Shown piece after piece: positions 26,001-34,682 of a DNA stretch of 64,000 nt. The DNA is from Candidatus Polarisedimenticolia bacterium. GTDB taxonomy: Bacteria > Acidobacteriota > Polarisedimenticolia > Gp22-AA2. The DNA is taken from NCBI GenBank assembly GCA_036001465.1, contig DASYUH010000046.1:19993-83992 (forward strand). Reading direction: 5' to 3'. Each line of letters begins with the position of its first letter. Within the stretch, counting starts at the first letter, position 1. Under the pieces are notes generated by a model. It had not been told where the DNA came from and searched no databases. It worked only from the letters and a program-made list of their open reading frames with translations. The translations under genes and the position numbers were made by a program.

Positions 26001-26253
26001 CTCCGACCTTCTTGAAGTTGCGGCCGTGCTTCACCGACAGCGGCGCATCCACAAGGCCAATAACGACTTCGACCTCTCCCTTGGACGCGTAAAGCAGGGG
26101 CTTGACCTGGTCCACGAGCACGTTGGGACCCACGGCCAGCCCGGAAGCGTCGACCAGCCCTTCGCTGGCGGACCCGACGGCCTGGGGCGTCTGCCCCAGC
26201 ATCGCGGCGACCAGGAACAACAGGGCGGTCCCTACACGGACGAATCTCTTCAT
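23053..26253 (-). CDS. secreted S8 (subtilisin-like) serine peptidase with PA-like insert and large C-terminal domains
   Basis: Catalytic triad motifs VAVLDSGID, HGSHVADIIGG and GTSGASPMVAGSAALLLQ. Signal peptide MKRFVRVGTALLFLVAAMLG. ATG 26253 with a GGGAGGG RBS is preferred over the track start at 26307. Confidence 0.9.
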   Translation of the reverse strand: MKRFVRVGTALLFLVAAMLGQTPQAVGSASEGLVDASGLAVGPNVLVDQVKPLLYASKGEVEVVIGLVDAPLSVKHGRNFKKVGGALSPSEQRAYLRELKGKQDALMGRIRALGGRELGRVSKADNAIAVAVDASRLRAIAELPGIRSIRPLLNFQLDLSETVPYIGAAAVQAAGVDGTGVRVAVLDSGIDYTHAFFGGPGTAAAYTDAYGTTTSDPRNTTTDGLFPTAKVIGGTDFVGEVWPTPDPARCGLNPDGTPRACLVGDPDPIDCGPAAIPAPCAGSHGSHVADIIGGNNGGSHKGVAPGASLYAVKVCSSVSTSCSGLAMLMGMDFALDPDGDGDMSDAVDVLNMSIGSPYGQAEDDTSEAAANVVRAGVVVACSAGNSADRPYITGSPGSAPEVIGTAQTQVPSATVFPLVINSPANIAGTYPNTATVDWAPIGAGFTSVPVAFVGRGCPVGSPAPVPVGGDPYLADPAGKVALIDRGACNISLKVDRAAKAGAVGVLIGLVAAGDAVSFSFGGGDTFVPTLVITQATSNLIKANITAPVVVTVSPANTFSLAGSMVSSSSRGPNVSQQAIKPDIGAPGASVSCEAGSGTGASVFGGTSGASPMVAGSAALLLQKYPTRTPLEIKSVLMNTAERNVLINPATQPGVLAPITRIGGGEVRVNRAADSTTAAWDDGGTGGSLSFGYLQASSSKDLNKTVRVRNYAGTARTYSITPSFRYADDAAGGAVTLSAPASIVVPGNGSATFKVKLSVDPTKLPVWTLNGGSRGGDGFRLQGVEFDGYIDIADATDGAHLAWHILPHRSAGVTPAAHDVTLVGGTGTLGLSNATGVVDGRLDVFSLLGTSGKIPNPFLPNPGENFEIVDLRAVGARLVGIGGGAFGVQFAINTFGTRAHPNYPAEFDVYIDNNRDGNPDFVVFNRENGTFASSGQNVTAVFNIATGATSIFFFTDADLDSGNAILTAPLANLGLTPGTQFDASFYAFDNYFTGALTDAIEGKTLTLGTPRFVGSGVPAAGVPAGGSSTLTIDAIPGGDVASPSQTGLLLMLRDSKSEREAAIIMVH

Positions 26254-26525
26254 CTGCGGCCCTCCCTCTGAACGTGAATAGGCCAGGGCAAGAAACGCCC
26301 TGGGCATGGACTATTGAATGTGGACTCAGCAATACGGCTCCCTAAGTCTCCCCGTATTTCGCCTTTCGTCAAGGGAAAATCGTGCCAGCACGCAAAATTT
26401 CTCGGTGACCGCAGTCACAGTCCGGACGGCGGCCCCTCGCAGCGCACGCCCCCTCCGCCGTTCATGGCAGCGACCCGCCCCCTGTGCTATCCTTTCGCTT
26501 GCTTCGGCGCTCCGGAGGCCCATTC

Positions 26526-26771
26526 TTGAAAGCGCGCGTCTACGTCACCCTCAAGCGGGGAGTGCTGGATCCCCAGGGCAAGACGGTCTGCTCGTCGCTC
26601 CATCAGCTCGGCTATCGCGAAGTGACCGACGTCCGCGTCGGGAAGTGCATGGAGGTCACCCTGGGCGGCCTGCCCCGCCGCGAAGCCGAACAACGCCTCA
26701 AGTCGATGTGCGAGAAGCTCCTCGCGAACACGGTCATCGAGGACTATCGCTTCGAGATCTATGAGGAGTAG
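26526..26771 (+). CDS. purS: phosphoribosylformylglycinamidine synthase subunit PurS
   Basis: (L)KARVYVTLKRGVLDPQGKTVCSSLHQLGY...VGKCMEV...LLANTVIEDYRFEI. TTG start at 26526 with GGAGG 7 nt upstream, about 81 aa as expected for PurS. Confidence 0.85.
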   Translation: MKARVYVTLKRGVLDPQGKTVCSSLHQLGYREVTDVRVGKCMEVTLGGLPRREAEQRLKSMCEKLLANTVIEDYRFEIYEE

Positions 26772-26783
26772 CGAGGGGAACCG

Positions 26784-27494
26784 GTGAAGTTCGGGATCGT
26801 CGTCTTCCCCGGCTCCAATTGCGACCACGATGTCTATCACGTGGCCAAGCACGTCCTGGGCCACGAGGCGGCGTTCCTGTGGCACAAGGACGCCGCCTTC
26901 AGCGGCATCGACTGCGTGGTCCTGCCCGGCGGGTTCGCGCACGGCGACTACCTGCGCACCGGGGCGATCGCCCGCTTCTCGCCGATCATGAAGCCGATCG
27001 AGGCGTTCGCGGCGCGGGGCGGCCTGGTCTTCGGCATCTGCAACGGCTTCCAGGTCCTGACCGAGGCCGGCCTGCTCCCGGGGGCGCTGATGCGGAACGC
27101 CGGGCTGAAGTACATCTGCCGGGACGTTTTCCTCCGGACGGAACGCCAGGACACGCCCTACACGGCGCGCATCCGACAGGGGACCGTCCTGAGGATCCCC
27201 ATCGGCCACGGCGAAGGGTGCTACTACGCGCCGGAAGAGGCCCTGAAGGAGCTCGAGGAGAAACGGCAGGTGGTGTTCCGCTACTGCGACGCCAGCGGTG
27301 AAGTGTCCGCCGCGTCGAACCCGAACGGGTCGCTGCGCGGCATCGCCGGCATCTGCAACGCGCGCGGCAACGTCCTCGGGTTGATGCCGCATCCCGACCG
27401 CTGCGCCGAAGAGGTCCTGGGGAACGCCCAGGGGCGCCGGATTTTCGATTCGATCGTGGCCGCCTGGGAGCAGGCGCGCCGGCAGCGGATCTAG
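26784..27494 (+). CDS. purQ: phosphoribosylformylglycinamidine synthase I (glutaminase subunit)
   Basis: KFGIVVFPGSNCDHD...VLPGGFAHGDYLR...GICNGFQVLTEAGLLPG...IAGICNARGNVLGLMPHPDR. Confidence 0.95.
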   Translation: MKFGIVVFPGSNCDHDVYHVAKHVLGHEAAFLWHKDAAFSGIDCVVLPGGFAHGDYLRTGAIARFSPIMKPIEAFAARGGLVFGICNGFQVLTEAGLLPGALMRNAGLKYICRDVFLRTERQDTPYTARIRQGTVLRIPIGHGEGCYYAPEEALKELEEKRQVVFRYCDASGEVSAASNPNGSLRGIAGICNARGNVLGLMPHPDRCAEEVLGNAQGRRIFDSIVAAWEQARRQRI

Positions 27495-27546
27495 GAGTGT
27501 GTCCGAGCGTTCGGCCGGGCTCGATCACCCGATCGAGGAGGCGTGA

Positions 27547-27729
27547 GTGCTGAAGAAGCTGAAGAAGATCCTGGCGGGGGGGCCCCGGGTCGACTACTCG
27601 GGCGTGGGGAGGAACGATCCCTGCCCCTGCGAGAGCGGCGAGAAGTTCAAGAACTGCTGCATCGACAAGGTCGAGAAGAAGGCGCGCGCCGAGCGCGACG
27701 CGAGCCTGTTCGGGAATCGGAAGGGATGA
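27547..27729 (+). CDS. 60-aa SEC-C metal-binding-motif protein
   Basis: [18 protein letters not shown] matches the SecA C-terminal Zn motif. GAGGAGG lies 5 nt before GTG 27547. The gene sits between purQ and purL. Confidence 0.7.
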   Translation: MLKKLKKILAGGPRVDYSGVGRNDPCPCESGEKFKNCCIDKVEKKARAERDASLFGNRKG

Positions 27730-27736
27730 CCAAGGG

Positions 27737-29971
27737 ATGAACGAGGAGCCCCGGGTCACGCGCGATCTCGCCGTGGCGCACGGCATGACGCCCGAGGAAT
27801 ACGACCGGGCGTCCGGAGCGCTGGGCCGCACGCCGTCCTACACCGAGCTCGGCATCTTCTCGGTCATGTGGTCGGAGCACTGCTCGTACAAGAGCAGCCG
27901 GGTCCATCTGAAGCGGCTTCCGACCGAAGGGCCCCGCCTGATCCAGGGTCCGGGCGAGAACGCCGGGATCGTGGAGATCGGCGAGGGGATCGCCGCCGTC
28001 TTCAAGATGGAGAGCCACAACCACCCGTCGTACGTCGAGCCGTACCAGGGGGCGGCGACCGGCGTGGGGGGCATCCTGCGCGACATCTTCACCATGGGGG
28101 CGCGGCCGATCGCATCGCTCAACTCGCTGCGCTTCGGCGCCCTCGACCACCCGCGCACGCGCTACCTGGTCTCGGGGGTGGTCTCCGGCATCGCCGGATA
28201 CGGCAACAGCATCGGCGTGCCGACGGTCGGAGGGGAGATCTACTTCCATCCGTCGTACAACGGCAACATCCTGGTGAACGTCTTCAGCCTGGGGATCATC
28301 AGGCGCGACAAGATCCACAGGGGGATCGCGTCGGGGCCGGGCAACCCGGTGATCTACGTCGGCTCGAAGACGGGGCGCGACGGGATTCACGGCGCGTCGC
28401 TTCTGGCCTCGTCCGAGTTCGACACGACCTCCGAGTCGAAGCGCCCCACCGTGCAGGTGGGGGACCCGTTCACAGAAAAGCTCCTGCTCGAGGCCTGCCT
28501 CGAGGTGATGAAGGCGCCGGGCCTGGTCGTCGGCATCCAGGACATGGGAGCGGCCGGGCTGACCTGCTCGACCGTGGAGATGGCGGCGCGCGCGGGCACC
28601 GGCATGGAGATCGACCTCGACAAGGTCCCCCTGCGCGAGGAGGGGATGACGCCGTACGAGATCATGCTGTCGGAGTCGCAGGAGAGGATGCTCCTGGTGG
28701 CCACGGGCCAGACTGAAGCGAAGGTGCGCGAGGTGTTCCACAAGTGGGACCTGGACGCCTCGGTCGTCGGCCGGGTCACGGAGACCGGGCGGGTGCGGAT
28801 CCACTTCAAGGGACGGACGGTGGCCGACGTGCCGGCGGACGCCCTGGTCGAGGACGCGCCCCGCTACCGGCGGCCGAGCGCCCGCCCGGCCTGGCAGGAC
28901 GGGCTGGCGGATCTGGCTCTCGGCTCGATCAAGGACCTGTCCGAAGGCACGCAGGCGCTCCAGACCCTGTCCACCTCGCTGAACCTGTGCAGCCGCGAGG
29001 AGGTGTACTCGGAGTACGACCACATGGTCCGCAGCAACACGGTGGTGCGGCCGGGATCGGACGCCGCGGTCATCCGGCTGAAGGGGACGAGGTACGCCCT
29101 GGCCCTGACGGTCGACTGCAACGCGCGCTACTGCCACCTCGACCCGGCCGCGGGGGCGCGGCTGGCGGTGGCGGAGGCGGCGCGCAACCTGGCCTGCGCC
29201 GGCGCGGTCCCCATCGGTACGACCGATTGCCTGAACTTCGGCAATCCGGAGCGGCCGGAGGTGATGTGGCAGTTCGAGCAGGCGATCGACGGCATCGCCG
29301 ACGCCTGCCGGGCCTTCGACGCGCCGATCGTCGGGGGGAACGTGTCGTTCTACAACGAGACCGAGGGGAAAGGGATCCATCCGACTCCGACGATCGCCAT
29401 GGTCGGCTTCCTGGTCGACGTGAAGGGGGCGATCACCCAGTGGTTCAAGAAGGAGGGGGACCTCGTCCTGCTCCTCGGCGGAGCGGAAGGGACCCTGGGC
29501 GGAAGCGAATACCTGGCGCTCCTGCACGGCATCGAGGCGGGCCGTCCGCATCCGGTCGACCTCGGGAAGGAGAGGGCCCTGCACGATCTCGTTCGGACGG
29601 CGCGTGACGCGGGGCTGGTGGCCTCCGCCCACGACTGTTCGGAAGGCGGTCTGGCCGTGGCGCTGCTCGAATCGTGCATCACCGGACCGAACGGGGCCGT
29701 GGGGGCCACGATCTCGCTGGAGGGGAAGGGCCGCCTGGACGAGATCCTGTTCGGCGAGGCCCCCACCCGCATCGTCGTCACGACACCCCCCGATTGCCGG
29801 GCCCGCCTGGAGCATGCGGCCGCCGCGGCCGGAGTGCCGGTCCAATCGATCGGCCGCGTCGGCGGACAGCGCCTGACGATCGCCGCCTCCGGCTCCCCGG
29901 TCGTCGACCTCGAAACGGTCCCCGCCCGCGCCGCCTGGCGCGAGGCCCTGGCCATTCACCTCCAGGGCTGA
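27737..29971 (+). CDS. purL: phosphoribosylformylglycinamidine synthase II
   Basis: [14 protein letters not shown]..., [54 protein letters not shown]. 744 aa. Confidence 0.95.
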   Translation: MNEEPRVTRDLAVAHGMTPEEYDRASGALGRTPSYTELGIFSVMWSEHCSYKSSRVHLKRLPTEGPRLIQGPGENAGIVEIGEGIAAVFKMESHNHPSYVEPYQGAATGVGGILRDIFTMGARPIASLNSLRFGALDHPRTRYLVSGVVSGIAGYGNSIGVPTVGGEIYFHPSYNGNILVNVFSLGIIRRDKIHRGIASGPGNPVIYVGSKTGRDGIHGASLLASSEFDTTSESKRPTVQVGDPFTEKLLLEACLEVMKAPGLVVGIQDMGAAGLTCSTVEMAARAGTGMEIDLDKVPLREEGMTPYEIMLSESQERMLLVATGQTEAKVREVFHKWDLDASVVGRVTETGRVRIHFKGRTVADVPADALVEDAPRYRRPSARPAWQDGLADLALGSIKDLSEGTQALQTLSTSLNLCSREEVYSEYDHMVRSNTVVRPGSDAAVIRLKGTRYALALTVDCNARYCHLDPAAGARLAVAEAARNLACAGAVPIGTTDCLNFGNPERPEVMWQFEQAIDGIADACRAFDAPIVGGNVSFYNETEGKGIHPTPTIAMVGFLVDVKGAITQWFKKEGDLVLLLGGAEGTLGGSEYLALLHGIEAGRPHPVDLGKERALHDLVRTARDAGLVASAHDCSEGGLAVALLESCITGPNGAVGATISLEGKGRLDEILFGEAPTRIVVTTPPDCRARLEHAAAAAGVPVQSIGRVGGQRLTIAASGSPVVDLETVPARAAWREALAIHLQG

Positions 29972-29979
29972 CCGGAGAG

Positions 29980-30999
29980 ATGCCTGTCACCCTCGGACTG
30001 TCGGGATTCGGCCGCATCGGCCGCAACCTGTTCCGCCTTCTATACATGAGCGACGACATCCGGATCGGCGCCGTGTCCGACATCGCCGACCCCGAGGCCC
30101 TCGTCTATCTCCTGAGGTACGACACGATCCTGGGACGCTTCCCGGACCTGGTCACCTGGAAGAACGGCCGCCTGTACACCCGGGGGAGGGAGATCCCGAT
30201 GCTCTCGGGGAAGGACGCCGGGTCCGCGCGCTGGGGGGACCTGGGCGTGGACTACGTCGTCGAGGCGACCGGGCGCGACCGCTCGCGCGCCGAGATCGAG
30301 GCCCACCTTGCGGCCGGCGCCCGCCGCGTGATCCTGTGCGTGCCGCCGCACGAGCGGCCCGACATCTCGGTTGTCTATGGCGTCAACCACGACCGTCTCC
30401 GCCCGGAGCACCGCATCGTGAGCAACGCCTCCTGCACGGCGCACTGCGCCGCGCCCCTCTTGCTGATGCTGCACGACGCCTGGGGGGTCGACCGGGCCCA
30501 CCTGACCGTGGTGCACGCCTACACCAGCACCCAGCGCCTGGCGGACGTCCCGGCGGAGGACCTGCGGCTGTCGCGCGCCGCCGCGGAGAACATCGTGCCG
30601 TCCGAGACCAACGCCGCCGCCGTTCTCGAAGAGGTCCTGCCGCAGCTGGCCGGGCGGCTCCACGCGTCCGCCCTGCGCGTCCCTCTGCCGGACGGATCGC
30701 TGGTGGACATGACGCTCTGGACGGGGCGCGCGGTCACGCGCGAAGGGGTCAACGAGGCGGTGCGGACCGCCGCGGCCGGTTCCTACAAGGGGATCGTGGA
30801 GTTCAGCGAGGACCCGATCGTGTCGAGCGACGTGCAGGGGAGCCCGCATTCCTCGATCTTCGACTCGCTGGCCACGATGGTCCTGGGGGACCACCTCGTC
30901 AAGGTGATCGCCTGGTTCAACAACGGCTGGGGCTACTCGCACCGGGTCCTCGACCTGGTCCGCCGCCTGCGGGAGATCGACGCGGGGAAGCGCTCATGA
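29980..30999 (+). CDS. glyceraldehyde-3-phosphate dehydrogenase family, divergent paralogue
   Basis: GLSGFGRIGRNLFRLL, SNASCTAHCAAPLL (catalytic Cys present), VVHAYTSTQRLAD. It has NIVPSETNAAAVL in place of the canonical IPTSTGAAKAV. ATG lies 9 nt after the purL stop. Confidence 0.85.
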   Translation: MPVTLGLSGFGRIGRNLFRLLYMSDDIRIGAVSDIADPEALVYLLRYDTILGRFPDLVTWKNGRLYTRGREIPMLSGKDAGSARWGDLGVDYVVEATGRDRSRAEIEAHLAAGARRVILCVPPHERPDISVVYGVNHDRLRPEHRIVSNASCTAHCAAPLLLMLHDAWGVDRAHLTVVHAYTSTQRLADVPAEDLRLSRAAAENIVPSETNAAAVLEEVLPQLAGRLHASALRVPLPDGSLVDMTLWTGRAVTREGVNEAVRTAAAGSYKGIVEFSEDPIVSSDVQGSPHSSIFDSLATMVLGDHLVKVIAWFNNGWGYSHRVLDLVRRLREIDAGKRS

Positions 31000-32006
31000 C
31001 GATCCGGATCGGCATCAACGGCTTCGGCCGGATCGGCCGCACGATCTTCCGGATCGTCGACGATCGTCAGGACATGCAGATCGTGGCGATCAACGACCTG
31101 TTCGCGCCCAAGGCCCTCGCCTACCTGCTGCACTACGACACGGTGATGGGGACGTTCGAGAAGCCGATCGCCTTCGAGAAGGACGCCCTGATCGTCGCGG
31201 GGCGTCGCATCCCGCTGACGGCCGAGCGGGATCCAGCCCGCGTGCCCTGGGGGGCCGCCGGCGCGGACATCGTGATCGAGGCGACCGGTGTTCTGCGGGA
31301 GCGGGCCCGTCTCGATCTGCACCTCAAGGCCGGCGCCAAGAAGGTCATCCTGACCGTGCCGCCCAAGGACGACGTGGACGCCATCGTCGTGCTGGGAGTG
31401 AACGACCACGTCCTGACTCCCGCGCACCACATCGTCTCCAACGCCTCCTGCACGACCAATTGCCTGGCGCCCGTGGCCAAGGTCCTGGACGAACGGTTCG
31501 GCATCGAGCACGGGTTCATGACCACGGTGCACGCCTACACCAACGATCAGCGACTCGCCGACGTGGCGCACAAGGACTTCCGCCGGGCGCGCGCCGCGGC
31601 CCGCAACCTGATCCCGACTTCCACGGGGGCGGCGCGCGCGGTGGGGAAGGTGCTCCCCCAGCTGAAGGGGAAGCTGGACGGGCTGGCGATCCGGGTCCCC
31701 GTGCCGGACGGGTCGGTCGTCGATCTCATTGTCAGGCTCGGACGCGAGGCGACGGCCGACGAGGTGAACGGCGCCGTCCGCGAGGCGGCGCGAGGTGCGC
31801 TCGGGCGCGTCCTCGAATACTGCGAGGAGCCGATCGTCTCCTCGGACATCATCGGCAACCCCCACAGCTCGATCTTCGACGCCCTGTCGACCTCCCGGAT
31901 CGGCCCCAGGGAGATGCGTGTGCTGGCGTGGTACGACAACGAGTGGGGCTACTCGCACCGCGTGGTGGACCTGGCGGCGCGGCTGGCGGAGATGATCCCA
32001 GGATGA
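30996..32006 (+). CDS. gap: type I glyceraldehyde-3-phosphate dehydrogenase (canonical)
   Basis: GINGFGRIGRTIFR, VAINDL, SNASCTTNCLAPVAKVL, TVHAYTNDQRLAD, NLIPTSTGAARAVGKVLPQLKGKLDG, WYDNEWGYS. ATGA overlap with the upstream paralogue. Confidence 0.95.
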   Translation: MTIRIGINGFGRIGRTIFRIVDDRQDMQIVAINDLFAPKALAYLLHYDTVMGTFEKPIAFEKDALIVAGRRIPLTAERDPARVPWGAAGADIVIEATGVLRERARLDLHLKAGAKKVILTVPPKDDVDAIVVLGVNDHVLTPAHHIVSNASCTTNCLAPVAKVLDERFGIEHGFMTTVHAYTNDQRLADVAHKDFRRARAAARNLIPTSTGAARAVGKVLPQLKGKLDGLAIRVPVPDGSVVDLIVRLGREATADEVNGAVREAARGALGRVLEYCEEPIVSSDIIGNPHSSIFDALSTSRIGPREMRVLAWYDNEWGYSHRVVDLAARLAEMIPG

Positions 32007-33409
32007 ATGGTGCCGGCGCGGGTGGCTTGCTCCAGGCGTTCCGGCCGACTTTCACGGTCTCCGGGGACGGGGACGTCGAGCTCCTCCGGCCTGCGGATCT
32101 GAGGGGGGAGGCGACCGATCGGCTGGTGCGCGCGGCCGTGTTCGGGAGCGAGGCCGAGTCGGCCGCGGCCCGCTGGCTCATCCGGGAGCTGGCGCGGATC
32201 CAGGGGATCCTGCCGGCCTCGATCCAGACGCTGTACGAGGCGATGGGCCGCGGCGAGACGGACGGTTTCACGACGCCGGCCCTGAACCTGCGCGGCATGG
32301 CGTACGACATGGCACGGGCGGCCTTGCGTTCGCTGCTCGACCTGGAGGCCGGCCCCGTGGTGTTCGAGCTGGCCCGCTCCGAGATGCGCTACGCCGCCCA
32401 GACGCCCCAGGAATACGCCACGGTGATCCTGGCGGCCGCCCTGCGCGAAGGGTTTCGGGGCCCCCTGTTCATCCAGGGGGACCATTTCCAGGTCAACGCG
32501 AAGAGGTTCCAGGCCGGCGGGGCCGCGCGCGAGGACGAGGTCGGCGCCCTGCGCGACCTGATCGCGGACGCGATCGCCGCGGGGTTCTACAACATCGACA
32601 TCGATGCCTCGACGGTCGTGGCGCTCGATCGCGGCCCGATCCCGGAGCAGCAGCGCGACAACTACGAGACCCAGGCCGAGCTGACCGCCTGGGTGCGAAA
32701 GCGGCAGCCGCCCGGGGTCGTCGTCTCGGTGGGTGGGGAGATTGGAGAGGTCGGCGGAAAGAACTCGACGCCCGAGGAGCTTCGGGCCTTCATGGATGGT
32801 CTCGGGACCGAGCTGTCGCGGCGCGACGGGACGCTCCCCGGAATCAGCAAGGTCTCGATCCAGACCGGCACGACGCACGGCGGCGTGCCGCTCCCGGACG
32901 GATCGGTCGCGAAGGTGGCGATCGATTTCGCCTGCCTGCGCGCCCTGTCCGACATCGCCCGGCGCGAGTACGGAATGGCGGGGGCGGTCCAGCACGGCGC
33001 CAGCACCCTCCCCGCGGAGGCGTTCGGGGAGTTCCCGAAGCATGGTGCGGCGGAGGTGCACCTGGCGACGGAGTTCCAGAACATCGCGCTCGATCATCCG
33101 GAGTTCCCCCGGGACCTGAAGGGGGAGATGTACGCCTGGGTCGAAGCCCACTGCGCGGCGGAACGGAAGGCGGGGATGACCGACGAGCAGTTTCGCTACA
33201 AGACACGCAAGAACGCCTGGGGACCGTTCAAGGCCGAGACCTGGGGCCTGCCCGAGACGGTGCGGGCGGCGCTGCGGGAGACGCTGCAGGCCAAGTTCGG
33301 GACGCTGTATCAGAAACTGGGGGTCGCGGGCCGAGGCGCCTCCGCCGCCCGGCTCGTCCGGCCGGCGGAGGTCCGCACGCCGCCGCCCGCCCCGCTTCTG
33401 GTGGATTGA
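32003..33409 (+). CDS. fba: class II fructose/ketose-bisphosphate aldolase, long (468 aa) form
   Basis: PALNLRGM, IQGDHF, YNIDIDAS, GGEIGEVGG, IQTGTTHGG, AVQHGASTLP correspond to the class II aldolase metal and phosphate motifs. ATGA overlap with the gap stop. Confidence 0.8.
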   Translation: MNGAGAGGLLQAFRPTFTVSGDGDVELLRPADLRGEATDRLVRAAVFGSEAESAAARWLIRELARIQGILPASIQTLYEAMGRGETDGFTTPALNLRGMAYDMARAALRSLLDLEAGPVVFELARSEMRYAAQTPQEYATVILAAALREGFRGPLFIQGDHFQVNAKRFQAGGAAREDEVGALRDLIADAIAAGFYNIDIDASTVVALDRGPIPEQQRDNYETQAELTAWVRKRQPPGVVVSVGGEIGEVGGKNSTPEELRAFMDGLGTELSRRDGTLPGISKVSIQTGTTHGGVPLPDGSVAKVAIDFACLRALSDIARREYGMAGAVQHGASTLPAEAFGEFPKHGAAEVHLATEFQNIALDHPEFPRDLKGEMYAWVEAHCAAERKAGMTDEQFRYKTRKNAWGPFKAETWGLPETVRAALRETLQAKFGTLYQKLGVAGRGASAARLVRPAEVRTPPPAPLLVD

Positions 33410-33457
33410 ACCGATCGGCCCGGGCCGATCCGATTCCACGAGGAGGAGGCGCGCCGC

Positions 33458-34636
33458 ATGCATGTCGGGGTCCTGACCGGCGGGGGGGATGTTCCGGGCC
33501 TCAACGCCGCCATCAAGTCGATCTACCGGGCCGCGAAGGACCGGGGGTGGATCCGCCACGGTGGCGACGACGCCGACGTGACCGGCATCCTGCGCGGCTG
33601 GATGGGGGCGGTGCAGATGGGCGACGCCGCGTCCGGCTCCGTCCTGCCCCTGACCGACGAAAAGGTCCGGACGGTCGATCGCTTCGGCGGGACCTTTCTC
33701 CACACGTCGCGCACCCGCCCCGACCGGATGGGCCTGAAGGACCTCCCCCCGGGCCTCGCCGCCCGGCGCGCCGGACTTCCGAGGGTCGAGGGCCGGGACG
33801 ATCTCTTCGACGTCACCGACGAGGTGATCGGGAATCTCCGGCGCGCCGGTATCGAGTGGCTGGTCGCGATCGGCGGGGACGACACCCTGGGGTACGCCCA
33901 CACGCTGGGCGCGCGCGGCTTTCCGGTCGTCGGAATCCCGAAGACGATGGACAACGACGTACGCGGGACGGAATACGCCATCGGCTACAAGACCGCGCTG
34001 ACGCGCGCGGACCAGTTCATCAACCGCCAGCGGACCCACCTCGGATCGAACGAGACGATCGGCGTGTTCCGCATCTTCGGCCGGAACGCCGGCTTCACGG
34101 CCCTCGGGACCGCCATGGCGATCTCCGATCTCCGCTGCGCCATCCCGGAGCACGCGTTCGACCTCGAGGCCCTCTGCCGCCTGGTGCAGAGGGACTACGA
34201 GCAGAACGAGAACCACTACGCACTGGTGCTGATTTCGGAAGGGGCGATCTGGCAGGGGGGGCGGCTCGACGAGCTCGGTCCGCCGGACGCGTACGGCCAC
34301 CGCAAGAAAGCCAACGTCGGCGAGGCCCTGGCCGACGCGATCACACGGCGGACGGGGCTCCCGACCCGTCACCAGGAGCTGACCTACGACCTGCGAAGCG
34401 GCAGCCCCGACGCCATCGACAAGATCGTCGCGAACACCTTCGGCACGTTGTCCGTCGACCTCATCGCGCGGGGGATGAGCGGCCGGATGATCTGCCTCAA
34501 GGACGGCCTCTACTCCCACACCGATCTGCCCGACCCGGCCCTGGGCGCGCGCACCGTCGACGTGGCCGCGCACTACGACACGGCCCGGTTCCGTCCCAAC
34601 TTCTCCGGCCTCCTCGGCCGGCCGGTCTTCCCTTAG
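33458..34636 (+). CDS. pfp: 6-phosphofructokinase, predicted pyrophosphate-dependent type
   Basis: GVLTGGGDVPGLNAAI, AIGGDDTLGYA (GGDD rather than GGDG), GIPKTMDNDV (PKT rather than PGT), FGRNAGF. Confidence 0.8.
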   Translation: MHVGVLTGGGDVPGLNAAIKSIYRAAKDRGWIRHGGDDADVTGILRGWMGAVQMGDAASGSVLPLTDEKVRTVDRFGGTFLHTSRTRPDRMGLKDLPPGLAARRAGLPRVEGRDDLFDVTDEVIGNLRRAGIEWLVAIGGDDTLGYAHTLGARGFPVVGIPKTMDNDVRGTEYAIGYKTALTRADQFINRQRTHLGSNETIGVFRIFGRNAGFTALGTAMAISDLRCAIPEHAFDLEALCRLVQRDYEQNENHYALVLISEGAIWQGGRLDELGPPDAYGHRKKANVGEALADAITRRTGLPTRHQELTYDLRSGSPDAIDKIVANTFGTLSVDLIARGMSGRMICLKDGLYSHTDLPDPALGARTVDVAAHYDTARFRPNFSGLLGRPVFP

Positions 34637-34682
34637 GCCGAATACCCGGGCCGGCTCAGAGGCCCCATACCCGGACACACTC

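Noticed and set aside
26360-26470. Possible purine or ZTP (pfl) riboswitch in front of purS. The strings cacgcaaaatttctcggtgacc and acgccctgggca superficially resemble conserved riboswitch segments.
   Set aside because: The helices do not form: P2 would have a 2-4 nt loop, the P1/J1-2/J3-1 elements are absent, and the CCUGGGCA-like piece lies upstream of, not downstream of, the other segment. This is not supported without a covariance-model hit.
31949-34678. Very long ORFs in the track that lie antisense to or overlap recognisable genes. Examples: 31949..34678(-) 909 aa, 12766..15792(+) 1008 aa, 27647..29959(-) 770 aa, 40575..43187(+) 870 aa, 44394..47252(+) 952 aa, 43123..45501(-) 792 aa, 47234..49912(+) 892 aa, 52051..54774(+) 907 aa.
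   Set aside because: Their translations are Arg/Pro/Gly/Ala-dominated low-complexity strings with no motifs. Each one sits opposite to, or out of frame with, a gene that has clear family signatures (aldolase/PFK, ADOP permease, PurL, kinase, BNR protein and others). Stop-codon depletion in about 70% GC DNA produces such shadow ORFs. Only the in-frame 3' parts of some were used (for example fur within 52051..54774).
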